Shown: positions 18,005 through 29,523 of the stretch, piece by piece
How positions within the stretch are numbered: the first letter of the stretch is position 1
Layout: each line of letters begins with the position of its first letter
DNA from: an uncultured Prevotella sp.
GTDB taxonomy: Bacteria; Bacteroidota; Bacteroidia; Bacteroidales; Bacteroidaceae
NCBI GenBank assembly: GCA_905211345.1
Contig: CAJMAO010000001.1
Span: 23,622-87,621, forward strand
Length of the DNA stretch: 64,000 bases
Direction: 5' to 3'
Translations under genes and position numbers: made by a program
Notes under the pieces: generated by a model
Told to the model about the DNA's origin: nothing
What the model saw: the letters and a program-made list of their open reading frames with translations, nothing else
Database searches by the model: none

Positions 18005-19579
18005 ATGACCAGCGAATTAGTAATTGACGTCCAACAGAAAGAGATTTCGATTGCCCTGCTGGAAGATAAAAATCTGGTAGAGTATCAGACCGAGCAACGC
18101 TCGGCGTCTTTCTCGGTTGGGAACATCTACATGGCAAAGGTAAAAAAACTGATGCCGGGGCTTAACGCCTGCTTCGTGGATGTAGGATTCGAACGCGACG
18201 CCTTTCTGCATTACCTTGACTTAGGCAGTCAATTCAGCTCTTACGAAAAGTACCTGAAACAAGTACAAAGCGACAGGAAAAAACTTTATCCTTTCTCAAA
18301 GGCGTCACGCCTGCCCGACCTGAAAAAAGACGGCAGCATACAAACTACGCTGCAAGTAGGGCAAGAGGTGATGGTACAAATAGTAAAAGAACCGATATCG
18401 ACCAAAGGGCCACGTCTTACAGGAGAGCTGAGCTTCGCAGGAAGATATTTGGTGCTTATACCATTCAACGATAAAGTTTCTGTTTCTTCTAAAATCAAAA
18501 GCGGCGAGGAGCGCGCACGCCTGAAACAGCTGATTAACAGCATTAAGCCGAAAAACTTCGGCGTGATTGTGCGCACCGTGGCCGAAGGCAAACGAGTTGC
18601 CGAACTCGACACCGAACTGAAAATCCTCCTAAAGCGTTGGGAGGATGCCATTACCAAAGTACAGAAAACCGAAAAACGGCCTCAACTGGTGTATGAGGAG
18701 ACGAGCAGAGTGGTAGCATTACTGCGCGACTTGTTCAACCCTTCATACGAAAATATCTACGTCAACGACGAGGAAGTTTACAAAGAGGTGAAACACTATG
18801 TTACACTGATAGCCCCTGAAAAGGCTAACATAGTAAAGATGTACAAAGGCAATGTGCCGATATTTGACAATTTCAACATCACAAAGCAAATTAAATCGAG
18901 TTTCGGCAAAATTGTAAACTACAAACATGGAGCCTACCTTATAATAGAACATACGGAGGCGCTGCATGTGGTAGACGTAAACAGCGGTAACCGTACACGC
19001 TCTGTGACAGGGCAGGAAGCCAATGCGCTTGACGTGAACCTTGGAGCCGCGGACGAACTTGCACGACAGTTACGTTTGAGAGACATGGGCGGAATAATCG
19101 TTGTGGACTTCATTGACATGAACCTGGCCGAAGACCGCCAAATGCTATATGAACGCATGTGCAAAAATATGCAGAAAGACCGCGCGCGCCACAATATCCT
19201 GCCGCTCAGCAAATTCGGACTGATGCAAATAACGAGGCAGAGAGTACGCCCGGCGATAGACGTAAACGTTGAAGAAAACTGTCCTACATGCTTCGGTACA
19301 GGAAAAATAAAGTCAAGTATTCTTTTCGTAGACCAATTGGAGAGAAAAATTGACAGTCTAGTCAACAAGATTGGCGTAAAGAAATTCTATCTGCATGTGC
19401 ATCCTTACGTAGCCGCATATATAAACCAAGGCTTAATCAGCCTGAAAAGGAAGTGGCAAATGAAATACGGACGGGGAGTGCACGTTGTACCTTCACAGAA
19501 AATGGCTTTCTTGCAATACGAATTTTACGACAGCGAGAAACATTTTATCGACATGAAGGAGGAGATTGAGGGAAAATGA
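18005..19579 (+). CDS. rng: Rne/Rng family ribonuclease
   Basis: S1 domain, DVNSG, RQLRLRDMGGIIVVDFIDM, CPTCFGTG. Confidence 0.92.
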   Translation: MTSELVIDVQQKEISIALLEDKNLVEYQTEQRSASFSVGNIYMAKVKKLMPGLNACFVDVGFERDAFLHYLDLGSQFSSYEKYLKQVQSDRKKLYPFSKASRLPDLKKDGSIQTTLQVGQEVMVQIVKEPISTKGPRLTGELSFAGRYLVLIPFNDKVSVSSKIKSGEERARLKQLINSIKPKNFGVIVRTVAEGKRVAELDTELKILLKRWEDAITKVQKTEKRPQLVYEETSRVVALLRDLFNPSYENIYVNDEEVYKEVKHYVTLIAPEKANIVKMYKGNVPIFDNFNITKQIKSSFGKIVNYKHGAYLIIEHTEALHVVDVNSGNRTRSVTGQEANALDVNLGAADELARQLRLRDMGGIIVVDFIDMNLAEDRQMLYERMCKNMQKDRARHNILPLSKFGLMQITRQRVRPAIDVNVEENCPTCFGTGKIKSSILFVDQLERKIDSLVNKIGVKKFYLHVHPYVAAYINQGLISLKRKWQMKYGRGVHVVPSQKMAFLQYEFYDSEKHFIDMKEEIEGK

Positions 19580-19581
19580 AA

Positions 19582-19618
19582 AGAAAGGGATGTGCGGTAA
19601 GTACATCCCTTTCTTTTT
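19582..19618. terminator. Bidirectional terminator between rng and fcl
   Basis: AGAAAGGGATGT/ACATCCCTTTCT stem between convergent genes. Confidence 0.75.
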
Positions 19619-19635
19619 ATAATTACTTTAACTCA

Positions 19636-20736
19636 TTAAACGGTCTGATGGTTTATACAGATACCTTGTTTATACCATTCGTACAAACGGTGTACCCCCT
19701 CGTCAATCTCAATCTTATGATGCCAACCTAAAGAATGAAGCTTTGACACGTCGGTGAGTTTACGTGGCGTGCCGTCAGGTTTTGAAGCATCCCATAGAAG
19801 TTCACCCTTGAAACCAACCTCACGGACAACTTTCTCAGCCAATTCACGTATACTCAATTCCTTGCCTGTGCCTACATTGATGTGACAATTCCTTATCTCC
19901 TTATCTACCGGATTATAGGTGTCCTTGAAATCAACATTAAGCAAGACATGCACACTGGCATCTGCCATTTCCTCACTCCACAAGAACTCACGCATGGGGC
20001 TACCTGTACCCCAAAGTGTCACGGCTTCAGGAGTAATTCCGAACTTAGCAAGCTTAACCAAGATCTCATCGTTGCTGTTCTTGCCGTCGACACCTTCAAC
20101 AGGACGAAGGTCAATGTCTTTTCTTACGTCATCCCACCTCCCCTCGTTCAGGCATTTTGCCAAATGCACCTTACGTATCATGGCAGGTAACACATGACTG
20201 TTCTCCAAATGGAAATTGTCATTTGGTCCATAAAGATTTGTAGGCATGACCGCAATATAATTGCAACCGTATTGTATGCTGAAACTCTCACACATCTTTA
20301 GACCCGCAATCTTGGCGATGGCATACGGCTCATTGGTATATTCAAGTTCCGACGTAAGCAAAGCATCTTCTTTCATCGGCTGCTTTGCCCTACGAGGATA
20401 AATGCACGTACTACCGAGAAACAACAGCTTCTTAACACCATGACGGAAACTCTCGCCTATCACATTTTGCTGTATCTGAAGATTCTGGTAAATGAAATCA
20501 GCGCGATAATTCAAGTTTGCCATGATACCACCTACATGCGCTGCTGCAAGCACAACCGCATCAGGACGCTCATTGTCAAAAAACTTTCTTACGGCAACAG
20601 GATCTAGCAAATCCAGTTCCTTATGACTACGTCCGACAAGATTGACATAACCGCACGACTTCAAGTTATTCCAAATAGCCGAGCCTACTAAACCATGATG
20701 TCCGGCAACATATATTTTAGAATCTTTATCCAACAT
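19636..20736 (-). CDS. fcl: GDP-L-fucose synthase
   Basis: GHHGLVGSA, LGSTCIYP, YAIAK, PTNLYGP, KPDGTPRK. Confidence 0.95.
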   Translation of the reverse strand: MLDKDSKIYVAGHHGLVGSAIWNNLKSCGYVNLVGRSHKELDLLDPVAVRKFFDNERPDAVVLAAAHVGGIMANLNYRADFIYQNLQIQQNVIGESFRHGVKKLLFLGSTCIYPRRAKQPMKEDALLTSELEYTNEPYAIAKIAGLKMCESFSIQYGCNYIAVMPTNLYGPNDNFHLENSHVLPAMIRKVHLAKCLNEGRWDDVRKDIDLRPVEGVDGKNSNDEILVKLAKFGITPEAVTLWGTGSPMREFLWSEEMADASVHVLLNVDFKDTYNPVDKEIRNCHINVGTGKELSIRELAEKVVREVGFKGELLWDASKPDGTPRKLTDVSKLHSLGWHHKIEIDEGVHRLYEWYKQGICINHQTV

Positions 20737-20738
20737 GA

Positions 20739-21824
20739 TTATTCCGCCATTTGAGCCTTGATATAAAGTTTCTTCACAAACTTCATGTCATGCGTGACCA
20801 TAATGTTTATCAATTCTTCAAATGAAGTCTTCGTCGGATTCCAGTCCAATATTTTCTTCGCTTTCGCAGGATTGCCGAGTAATTGGTCAACCTCACACGG
20901 ACGGAAGTATTTCGGATCGACCTCAACAAGAACTTTTCCTGTCTTCACATCTATGCCTTTCTCATCTACACCTTCACCTTCCCAACGTAGTTCTACACCA
21001 GCAGCTTTAAACGCTAAAGTACAAAACTCGCGCACGGTGTGCATTTCACCTGTTGCAATAACAAAATCATCAGGCTCAGGTTGTTGTAGTATCATCCACA
21101 TACATTCAACATAATCACGGGCATATCCCCAGTCACGACGCGCGTCAAGGTTGCCAAGATACAGCTTATCCTGAAATCCTTGAACTATGCGACAGGCGGC
21201 AAGCGTTATCTTACGTGTTACAAAGTTCTCGCCCCTACGCTCACTTTCATGGTTGAACAAAATTCCGTTACAGCAAAACATTCCATAACTTTCACGATAA
21301 TTCTTCATTATCCAAAAACCGTAGAGTTTTGCAACTGAATATGGCGAACGTGGATAGAATGGTGTAGTCTCACTTTGCGGCACTTCCTGCACCTTGCCAT
21401 AAAGTTCTGATGTTGACGCTTGATATATACGGCACGTCTTATCAAGACCACAGATGCGCACAGCCTCAAGCAGACGTAGAACACCCACAGCGTCTGTGTC
21501 TGCCGTGTATTCAGGCACATCAAATGAAACCTTTACATGACTCTGAGCCGCAAGATTATAAATCTCGGTAGGTTTTGTCTCGCCGATAATGCGTATTAAA
21601 GAAGACGAGTCGGTCATATCTGCCCAATGCAGGTTTACGAGACGTGACTTTTTCATGTCACGCACCCACTCATCAAGATACAAATGCTCTATTCGCCCTG
21701 TGTTGAACGAAGACGAACGACGTAACAATCCATGCACTTCATACCCTTTCTCTATCAGGAATTCAGCCAAATATGAACCATCCTGACCTGTAATTCCCGT
21801 AATCAAAGCAACGTTTTTCTTCAT
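20739..21824 (-). CDS. gmd: GDP-mannose 4,6-dehydratase
   Basis: [30 protein letters not shown]. Confidence 0.97.
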   Translation of the reverse strand: MKKNVALITGITGQDGSYLAEFLIEKGYEVHGLLRRSSSFNTGRIEHLYLDEWVRDMKKSRLVNLHWADMTDSSSLIRIIGETKPTEIYNLAAQSHVKVSFDVPEYTADTDAVGVLRLLEAVRICGLDKTCRIYQASTSELYGKVQEVPQSETTPFYPRSPYSVAKLYGFWIMKNYRESYGMFCCNGILFNHESERRGENFVTRKITLAACRIVQGFQDKLYLGNLDARRDWGYARDYVECMWMILQQPEPDDFVIATGEMHTVREFCTLAFKAAGVELRWEGEGVDEKGIDVKTGKVLVEVDPKYFRPCEVDQLLGNPAKAKKILDWNPTKTSFEELINIMVTHDMKFVKKLYIKAQMAE

Positions 21825-21854
21825 TTTATTTCTTATATATTAAAATGTTGGTTT

Positions 21855-22925
21855 TCACTTATCTTCACCTGAGAACTGCTTTATTCGCTGTTCTTCCGAC
21901 AGCTTGCATATAAGAAGTTTGTCATCTTTCTCGACAACGATGTATCCGTCAAGTCCTTGTACGACGACTTTTTTCTTTCCTAATGTATGCACAATGCAAT
22001 TATGCGTGTCGTAAAGTGCGACATTATCTCCTATTACACCATTGCCGTACAAATCCTTCTTTGTCTGCTCAAGCAAGGATCCCCACGTTCCAAGATCGCT
22101 CCACCCGAAATCAGCCGGACAAACAAAGATTTCCTCTGCCTTTTCCATTATGGCATAATCAATGGAAATATTCTCACATTCAGGGAACCTGCGGTTTATC
22201 TCATCCTGTTCTTGTGGAGTGCCGTAAACATTCAACAATCCTTCAAATAACCTGCTGATAGCCGGCTGATAAATTCTGAACGCATTTACAATCGTATTTA
22301 CATTCCAAATGAAAATGCCGGCATTCCAAAAATAGCTCTTATTCTTTATATATTTAGTAGCTGTTTCTAAATCAGGTTTTTCACGAAAAGAATCAACTCT
22401 GAATATTTCCTTATTACGAGGCGAACTTGAAGATAAATCAGCTTGTATATATCCATATCCTGTTTCTGGACGTGTCGGTTTCATACCTAATGTTATTATG
22501 GCATCTGTTTCATTGGTAAACTTCAGACACTGTGATATTACACGGCGAAATTCATCTTTATCAGTCACAATATGATCACTCGGCGAAACTACAATGTTTG
22601 CGTTTCTGTCTTTCGACTTTATTCTCCAACTGACGTAAGCTATACACGGAGCCGTATTACGCCTGCATGGCTCGCAAAGAATATTCCCATCAGGAATCTC
22701 CGGCAACTGTTCTTGCACCAAACTTTTATAATCAACGCTTGTAACAACCCATACATTATCAGGATTACAAATATCTTTAAATCTGTCAAATGTAAGTTGC
22801 AGCAACGAACGTCCGACTCCTAAAACATCAATAAACTGCTTGGGTCTGTCCGCCGTGCTCATCGGCCAAAACCGACTGCCGACCCCACCTGCCATTATGA
22901 CTAAATGATTATTAGAATAAGCCAT
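21855..22925 (-). CDS. manC: Mannose-1-phosphate guanylyltransferase
   Basis: MAGGVGSRFWP, PKQF, RNTAP, ETGYGYI, WNAGIF, GWSDLG. Confidence 0.92.
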   Translation of the reverse strand: MAYSNNHLVIMAGGVGSRFWPMSTADRPKQFIDVLGVGRSLLQLTFDRFKDICNPDNVWVVTSVDYKSLVQEQLPEIPDGNILCEPCRRNTAPCIAYVSWRIKSKDRNANIVVSPSDHIVTDKDEFRRVISQCLKFTNETDAIITLGMKPTRPETGYGYIQADLSSSSPRNKEIFRVDSFREKPDLETATKYIKNKSYFWNAGIFIWNVNTIVNAFRIYQPAISRLFEGLLNVYGTPQEQDEINRRFPECENISIDYAIMEKAEEIFVCPADFGWSDLGTWGSLLEQTKKDLYGNGVIGDNVALYDTHNCIVHTLGKKKVVVQGLDGYIVVEKDDKLLICKLSEEQRIKQFSGEDK

Positions 22926-23041
22926 ACAATTTAGTTTAAAAAACAAAGGCAAAAATAATAAAAAAGAATAATATAATAAAAATAAAACAAGAAAAAGGCG
23001 GAATTATTTATTCCGCCTTTCCCTTACCATACAAAATGATT

Positions 23042-24358
23042 TTACTTACAATACCAACTTACGATTGTCTCGTAAAGTTCTTGCTTTCCGGAAGTCTGTT
23101 TGGGCTCACCCACAGTCTTGGCATAAGCAACTATGTCTTCCAGTGAAAGTTTACCTTCCTCAAACTCCTTACCCTTACCTGCGTCGAATGACGCATAGCG
23201 GTTTTTGACCATATCGCACAGAGGCGACTTTTCTATCAGGTTGGCCGCATTTTCCAATGCGCGCGCCATGGCATCCATACCACTGATATGAGCAATAAAG
23301 AGATCCTCTAAATCTGTTGAGTTACGACGTATCTTTGCGTCAAAATTTGAGCCGCCATTACCAAGCCCGCCGTTCCGGATAATCTGCATCATAGCCTGAG
23401 TAAGTTCCCAGTTATCTATCGGGAACTGGTCAGTATCCCAACCGTTCTGATAGTCTCCACGATTGGCATCAATGCTACCCAGCATACCATTATCAACAGC
23501 AACAGTCAGTTCATGTTCGAACGTATGACCGGCAAGCGTTGCGTGGTTGACCTCTATGTTCACCTTAAAATCCTTTTCCAGTCCGTTTGCACGAATAAAA
23601 CCGATAACGGTCTCTGTGTCAACGTCATATTGATGCTTCGTCGGCTCCATTGGCTTGGGTTCAATCAGGAACGTTCCTGTAAAACCTTTTGAACGAGCAT
23701 AATCACGGGCAGCTTTTAACATTGTAGCCAAATGGTCTTTTTCACGTTGCATCTGAGTATTCAGAAGACTCATGTAGCCTTCACGTCCTCCCCAGAACAC
23801 ATAGTTTGTACCTCCTAATTTGATTGTGGCATCAATTGCATTCTTGATTTGGACTGCAGCACGGGCAACGACATCAAAATCAGGATTTGTCGCAGCACCG
23901 TTCATATAACGTTTATGACCGAACACATTGGCCGTACCCCACAAATTCTTTATATTGGTACCTTTCATTTTTTCCAATGCGTAATCAGTAATGGCGTTCA
24001 TACGAGCCTCATACTCCTCAATAGTATCACCTTCGTCTACAAGGTCAACATCATGGAAACAGAAATATTCTATTCCAAGCTTTTCCATGATTTCAAATCC
24101 GGCGTCCATCTTATCTTTGGCCCGTTCAACAGCATCTGTTTTCTCGTCCCACGGATAAACACGAGTGCCGCCGCCAAACTGGTCGCTGCTTGCCGGCCCG
24201 AGCGTGTGCCACCATGCCATAGCAAACTTCAGCCAGTCTTTCATTTTCTTGCCCATGATCACTTTGTCAGCATCATAATAATGATAAGCTAACGGATTGG
24301 TGCTGTCAGCACCTTCATACTTGATTTTTCCAATCTGCGGAAAATACTCTCTTGCCAT
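23042..24358 (-). CDS. xylA: Xylose isomerase (class II)
   Basis: WWHT, FHDVD, VFWGGREGY, IEPKPMEP, GWDTDQF. Confidence 0.97.
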   Translation of the reverse strand: MAREYFPQIGKIKYEGADSTNPLAYHYYDADKVIMGKKMKDWLKFAMAWWHTLGPASSDQFGGGTRVYPWDEKTDAVERAKDKMDAGFEIMEKLGIEYFCFHDVDLVDEGDTIEEYEARMNAITDYALEKMKGTNIKNLWGTANVFGHKRYMNGAATNPDFDVVARAAVQIKNAIDATIKLGGTNYVFWGGREGYMSLLNTQMQREKDHLATMLKAARDYARSKGFTGTFLIEPKPMEPTKHQYDVDTETVIGFIRANGLEKDFKVNIEVNHATLAGHTFEHELTVAVDNGMLGSIDANRGDYQNGWDTDQFPIDNWELTQAMMQIIRNGGLGNGGSNFDAKIRRNSTDLEDLFIAHISGMDAMARALENAANLIEKSPLCDMVKNRYASFDAGKGKEFEEGKLSLEDIVAYAKTVGEPKQTSGKQELYETIVSWYCK

Positions 24359-24402
24359 AATAGTTAATGTTAGTAGGTTATAATAAATTAGGTAAAACTG
24401 TG

Positions 24403-25899
24403 TTATTTCATTATCGTATGAAGTTTTTCTTTCCAAGACGTGTATGCTTCAAGATATTCAGCACGATGTTTTTCATCCGGTTCTATCTCTGCAAGTTTTT
24501 TCAACGTAGCGAAAGCCTCATTGTTGTCTTTATATATTCCACAACCCATTCCAGCACCTTTTGCCGCGCCTACGCTACCGTCAGTTTCATACAGCTCGAT
24601 GGTTGCTCCGCTGACTCCGGCCAGTGTGTTGCGGAATACGTCACTAAGAAACATATTTGCCTTGCCTGCATGTATCTTTTTTATGTCCATACCCATTTGC
24701 TGCATTATTTCCATTCCATAACAGAAACTGAACACGATACCTTCTTGCGCAGCCCTCATAATATGAGACTTCCCGTGTTTATTAAAGTTTATTCCATGAA
24801 TTGAACAGCCTATCTCCCTGTTCTCAAGTACACGCTCTGCTCCATTGCCAAATGGAATAACCGTAACACCGTCACTTCCTATTGGCACAGATTCCATCAT
24901 CTCGTTCATTTCCGCGTAAGATATTCCTTCTGGAGCTACATTCCTGCGCACCCAAGCATTCAATATACCTGTTCCGTTTATACACAAAAGCACACCTAAA
25001 CGGTCTACATCTTTTGTATAATTAACATGGGCAAACGTATTCACACGGCTACGCCCATCATAATTTACTCCGCCCAACACTCCGTAAACAACGCCTGACG
25101 TTCCTGCCGTTGAAGCAATCTCACCCGGATTAAAAACATTCAGACTCAAGGCATTATTTGGCTGGTCACCTGCCCTATAGCTTACCGGAGTACCTTCCTT
25201 CAATCCTAATTCGGCGGCTGCAGCTGCACTTACCTCGCATTGTATGCTGAATGTAGGAACGACATTGGCTATTATGCTTTTGTCAAAACCAAAGTAATCA
25301 AGCAGAAAACCAGCTACATCCTTATTCTTAAAATCCCAGAACATACCCTCGCTCAAACCGCTGACTGTAGTGTTAATCTCACCACTCAACTTCATGGCAA
25401 TATAATCTCCGGGAAGCATTATCTTATAAATCTTGTCAAAAATCTCCGGCTCATTAGATTTCACCCAAGCCAGTTTGGCCGCCGTAAAGTTTCCGGGAGA
25501 ATTGAGAAGATGCGACAAACACTTTTCCGTACCAAGAGTTTCAAAAGCCTTTTCGCCGTAAGGCACAGCCCTTGAATCACACCATATAATCGATGGACGC
25601 AACACTCGCATGTCTTTGTCTACACAAACAAGCCCATGCATTTGATAAGATATGCCTATCGCTTTTATATCTTCACCACTTACTGAAGCATAACTCATTA
25701 CTTTTTTTAGGCTCAACTTGGCATTATCCCACCACATCTGCGGGTCTTGTTCTGCCCAACCCGACTTCACGGCTGTTATTGGAGCCTCATTTTCGGGATA
25801 AAATGCGGAAGCCACGCATACGCCGTTATCCGCGTCAACCAATGATGCCTTTACAGACGAACTGCCGACATCAAATCCTAACAAATATCTTCCTGACAT
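24403..25899 (-). CDS. xylB: Xylulokinase (FGGY family)
   Basis: GFDVGSSSVKA, YQMHG, IWCDSR, AGDQ; adjacent to xylA. Confidence 0.9.
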   Translation of the reverse strand: MSGRYLLGFDVGSSSVKASLVDADNGVCVASAFYPENEAPITAVKSGWAEQDPQMWWDNAKLSLKKVMSYASVSGEDIKAIGISYQMHGLVCVDKDMRVLRPSIIWCDSRAVPYGEKAFETLGTEKCLSHLLNSPGNFTAAKLAWVKSNEPEIFDKIYKIMLPGDYIAMKLSGEINTTVSGLSEGMFWDFKNKDVAGFLLDYFGFDKSIIANVVPTFSIQCEVSAAAAAELGLKEGTPVSYRAGDQPNNALSLNVFNPGEIASTAGTSGVVYGVLGGVNYDGRSRVNTFAHVNYTKDVDRLGVLLCINGTGILNAWVRRNVAPEGISYAEMNEMMESVPIGSDGVTVIPFGNGAERVLENREIGCSIHGINFNKHGKSHIMRAAQEGIVFSFCYGMEIMQQMGMDIKKIHAGKANMFLSDVFRNTLAGVSGATIELYETDGSVGAAKGAGMGCGIYKDNNEAFATLKKLAEIEPDEKHRAEYLEAYTSWKEKLHTIMK

Positions 25900-25979
25900 A
25901 ATCGCGCGTTTTTAATAAATACGGATATTGTGTTTTCATCCAATGAATTTCCAACAATAAATTGCCTTAAACCATTATA

Positions 25980-26309
25980 TCAGAACAAAGACAACGATTT
26001 GTCTTCACATGCTTTTACCATTTCCCCATCATCTACCTCGTCATTCTTAAAATCAAAATACAACTGCCGTGAGGTATTAGACAGGCTCAAACGATAAACT
26101 CCCCGGACATCAGTCCGCTCTATTATCGAATCTGCAAGCTTGCTGTTCTTCATTAGGAAAGAAGCCACGTAACGGTGCACTTCATCAAAAGACACTGTAT
26201 CAAAGAAACCATTACATTTATTAAATACGTGTCTGGCTATTTTCTTTACACTTAACCCCTTGTCCCCTGCCTCGCGAAGAACAAAAACAATCTCGCTGTC
26301 GTAGTTCAT
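25980..26309 (-). CDS. Hypothetical winged-helix-like protein
   Basis: GLSVKKIARHVFN...RGVYRL pattern. Confidence 0.65.
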   Translation of the reverse strand: MNYDSEIVFVLREAGDKGLSVKKIARHVFNKCNGFFDTVSFDEVHRYVASFLMKNSKLADSIIERTDVRGVYRLSLSNTSRQLYFDFKNDEVDDGEMVKACEDKSLSLF

Positions 26310-26376
26310 AGAATTAGAATAAAGAAGGACCGGCAAGACACGCCTCCCAGTCCTTCCTCAATATTGCCTAAACAGA

Positions 26377-26673
26377 TTAAGCCAATGTAATCTTGTTTTC
26401 CTCAGCTTTGATCTTGCCCTCTTTGAAGAGCCAGCCCATACCCAACAGAGTTTCATTCTCTGTTATTTTCGCAGCCTTTGCTATCTCGGCCACGCTAAGA
26501 GCCTTACCTGCTGTTGCAAGCGCCTGATAAACATCTCCGGCTTTAAAACCTACAGATTCCGCATTGATTTCAACAACTACTTTCTTTGCAGTGCTCCTTT
26601 TAGGTGCTGCCTTCTTCTCAGCCGCAGCCTTAGGAGTTGCGGTCTTCTTTACAGTTTCTTTCTTTTCTGTCAT
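26377..26673 (-). CDS. Winged-helix protein (DUF2582-like) with Lys/Ala-rich N-tail
   Basis: VGFKAGDVYQAL, LGMGWLFKEGKI. Confidence 0.75.
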   Translation of the reverse strand: MTEKKETVKKTATPKAAAEKKAAPKRSTAKKVVVEINAESVGFKAGDVYQALATAGKALSVAEIAKAAKITENETLLGMGWLFKEGKIKAEENKITLA

Positions 26674-26799
26674 AATTTTAAAACAACATTAAAGATCTAA
26701 TAACAATCTTTTATCGTTGCAAATGTAATGTTTTTATTCTGAATACGGACAATTTTACAGAAATAAAACACAATAAAAGATAGCTTAAATCAAAAAATA

Positions 26800-28566
26800 C
26801 TATTTTTCTTGACTTAAGTCAACCTTTATCTGCAATTCATCAAGTTGTTTCTGGTCTAACGATGAAGGAGCATCAAGCATCACGTCGCGACCGCTGTTGT
26901 TTTTCGGGAAAGCTATACAGTCACGAATACTATCAAGACCTGCCATTATCGACACGAAACGGTCAAGGCCGAACGCCAATCCTGCGTGAGGAGGAGCACC
27001 GTATTTAAACGCGTTGATCAAAAAGCCGAATTGGGCCATGGCGCGCTCAGGAGTGAAACCAAGTATCTTAAACATCTTTTCCTGAAGTTTGCCGTCATGG
27101 ATACGCAGGCTGCCACCGCCAACCTCAATACCGTTGCACACAAAGTCGTAAGCCTTGGCACGCACACGCTCGGGATGTTCCTCAAGCAGTGGTATGTCGT
27201 CAGGATTAGGCATTGTGAACGGATGGTGGGTCGACATTAGGCGTTGTTCCTCATCACTCCATTCGAACAACGGGAAGTCGATAATCCACAGGCACTCAAA
27301 CTTGTCCTTGTCCCTCAAGCCAAGCCTGTCGCCCATCTCAAGGCGCAGCGTGCACAGCTGGGTACGCGTTTTGTTGGCACGGTCGCCGCTCATTATGAGC
27401 AACAGGTCGCCGTTGTTGGCACCAACCGTTTCCTTCAATCTCTGCATAATCTCAGGCGAATAGAACTTGTCTATGCTGCTCTTTATTGTTCCGTCCTCGT
27501 TGAACTTCACCCATACAAGACCTTTCGCCCCTACCTGCGGACGCTTGACAAAATCGGTCAGCTGGTCAAGCTGCTTTCTCGTATAGTTGGCGCAGCCCGG
27601 CACGCAGATGCCGCCGATATACTCGGCGTCATTGAACACGCCGAACGTGCCCGTGCCCTTCAGCACGTCCATAAGTTCGACGAACTCCATACCGAAGCGC
27701 AAGTCGGGCTTGTCACTTCCGAAACGGCGCATCGCCTCGACCCATGTCATCTGCTGCAATTTTGCCGGAAGCTCCACTCCGCGCACCTCCTTGAATAAAT
27801 GGCGGCACATGTCCTCAAACAGGTTGATTACATCGTCTTGGTCAACAAACGACATTTCACAGTCAATCTGCGTGAACTCCGGCTGGCGGTCGGCGCGTAA
27901 GTCTTCGTCGCGGAAGCACTTGGCTATTTGGAAATAGCGGTCGAAGCCACTCACCATCAACAGCTGTTTAAGCGTTTGCGGGCTTTGCGGCAGGGCGTAA
28001 AACTGCCCCGGATTCATGCGCGACGGCACGACAAAGTCGCGCGCCCCCTCAGGTGTACTGCCTATCAGTATAGGTGTCTCCACTTCGATAAAGTCCTTCG
28101 AGTCCAAGAAGTTGCGTATCAGGATGGTCATACGGTGGCGCAACTCTAGGTTCTGCCTTACGCACGGACGGCGCAAGTCCAAGTAGCGGTACTTCATGCG
28201 GATGTCGTCGCCGCCGTCAGTATTGTCCTCTATCGTAAACGGAGGCGTTGCGCTCTCGCTCAATACGTTAAGTTTCGACGCTACTATTTCTATCTCGCCG
28301 GTCGGCAGGTTGTCGTTCTTGCTTTGGCGTTCGCATACAGTACCTTCCACCTGTATGCAATATTCACGCCCCAGCTTGTTGGCTTCGGCGCATAAGTCAG
28401 CGTTGTCGTTCTCATTGAAAACCAACTGTGTTATACCATAGCGGTCACGCAAGTCGACAAACGTCATGCCGCCCATCTTACGGCTGCGCTGCACCCATCC
28501 CGCAAGCGTCACTTGCTTGCCGGCGTCACTAAGGCGCAGTTCGCCACACGTATTAGTCCTATACAT
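26800..28566 (-). CDS. aspS: Aspartate--tRNA ligase
   Basis: [50 protein letters not shown]. Confidence 0.98.
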   Translation of the reverse strand: MYRTNTCGELRLSDAGKQVTLAGWVQRSRKMGGMTFVDLRDRYGITQLVFNENDNADLCAEANKLGREYCIQVEGTVCERQSKNDNLPTGEIEIVASKLNVLSESATPPFTIEDNTDGGDDIRMKYRYLDLRRPCVRQNLELRHRMTILIRNFLDSKDFIEVETPILIGSTPEGARDFVVPSRMNPGQFYALPQSPQTLKQLLMVSGFDRYFQIAKCFRDEDLRADRQPEFTQIDCEMSFVDQDDVINLFEDMCRHLFKEVRGVELPAKLQQMTWVEAMRRFGSDKPDLRFGMEFVELMDVLKGTGTFGVFNDAEYIGGICVPGCANYTRKQLDQLTDFVKRPQVGAKGLVWVKFNEDGTIKSSIDKFYSPEIMQRLKETVGANNGDLLLIMSGDRANKTRTQLCTLRLEMGDRLGLRDKDKFECLWIIDFPLFEWSDEEQRLMSTHHPFTMPNPDDIPLLEEHPERVRAKAYDFVCNGIEVGGGSLRIHDGKLQEKMFKILGFTPERAMAQFGFLINAFKYGAPPHAGLAFGLDRFVSIMAGLDSIRDCIAFPKNNSGRDVMLDAPSSLDQKQLDELQIKVDLSQEK

Positions 28567-28789
28567 AAAATCTTTTGCTAAAAGTTTTTATGTGCAAAAA
28601 TAAAAAAAAGTGCATGAACAGACAAATAATAAGTGGCTAAATTCATATTTTGACTGATTATCATCCAGTTAAACATAAATTCTTAAATTCATCCGACCTC
28701 TTTATATTGGAAGAAAAAACGGTCTTTGGCAGGTTTCAGTTGCAGGATTCCGCCATATAAAAACAAATAACCAACCAAGTTCCTACAGT

Positions 28790-29194
28790 CTATATGTTTT
28801 TTGATATTTCAATTACAACTGAAGAATTACTTTCATCCAAAGTTCCTTGAACCTTTACGGATAATTTACTTCCCTTATTTTCAATCAACGTATAAATAAA
28901 CATTGGCTCGCCACTGTCGTTATTATACGTATGGATACATCCATCCTCAATACGGTAAACATTTTCCATCCAATGACCTGTAATACAAGTTCCATCGGCA
29001 TTAAATGTCATAGTTTCGCCTTTTGATATCCAACTCCATTCAGATGAACCTTGCACGTCCGTTATCACCCACTGTCCTATTATTGTTGTAGAATCAAATG
29101 CTAAAAAATCATTGTCATCATCTGAACAAGCAACAAAATTTAGACACATCAACATGCAAATAAGAACTTTTCCAAGAAATTTTAAATCTTTCAT
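28790..29194 (-). CDS. Lipoprotein, lipocalin-like
   Basis: Lipobox FVAC followed by SDDDND; IIGQW and TFNADGT motifs; AT-rich. Confidence 0.7.
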   Translation of the reverse strand: MKDLKFLGKVLICMLMCLNFVACSDDDNDFLAFDSTTIIGQWVITDVQGSSEWSWISKGETMTFNADGTCITGHWMENVYRIEDGCIHTYNNDSGEPMFIYTLIENKGSKLSVKVQGTLDESNSSVVIEISKNI

Positions 29195-29407
29195 AATTCT
29201 GATTATATTACACTATAAATTTAAACCTTTGAAAGTTCACTTTAATACGATTAAGCTCGTCAATCATATCAACAAAAACTCATCGCTTATTATATACAAA
29301 GATAACACTCCCCGAGCACAAATCCAAATATTAAATCGGAAATCATCACATATATCTCATTACCAAACAACCGAAATATGTTCTATTGGCACTTGCTTTT
29401 ACCAAAG

Positions 29408-29495
29408 ACGGCAAACGGCGTTGCAAAACACGGCAAAACGCAACGCAAAAGGCCGTCTTTCGGCGTGCGAAAGGCGGCCTTTTGGAATCGCTTTT
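29408..29495. repeat. Degenerate 22-bp-period intergenic repeat
   Basis: Four units starting 29408, 29430, 29452, 29474; IHF-like TATCAACAGGTTG follows. Confidence 0.6.
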
Positions 29496-29523
29496 ACAAG
29501 CTACTGATTATCAACAGGTTGCG

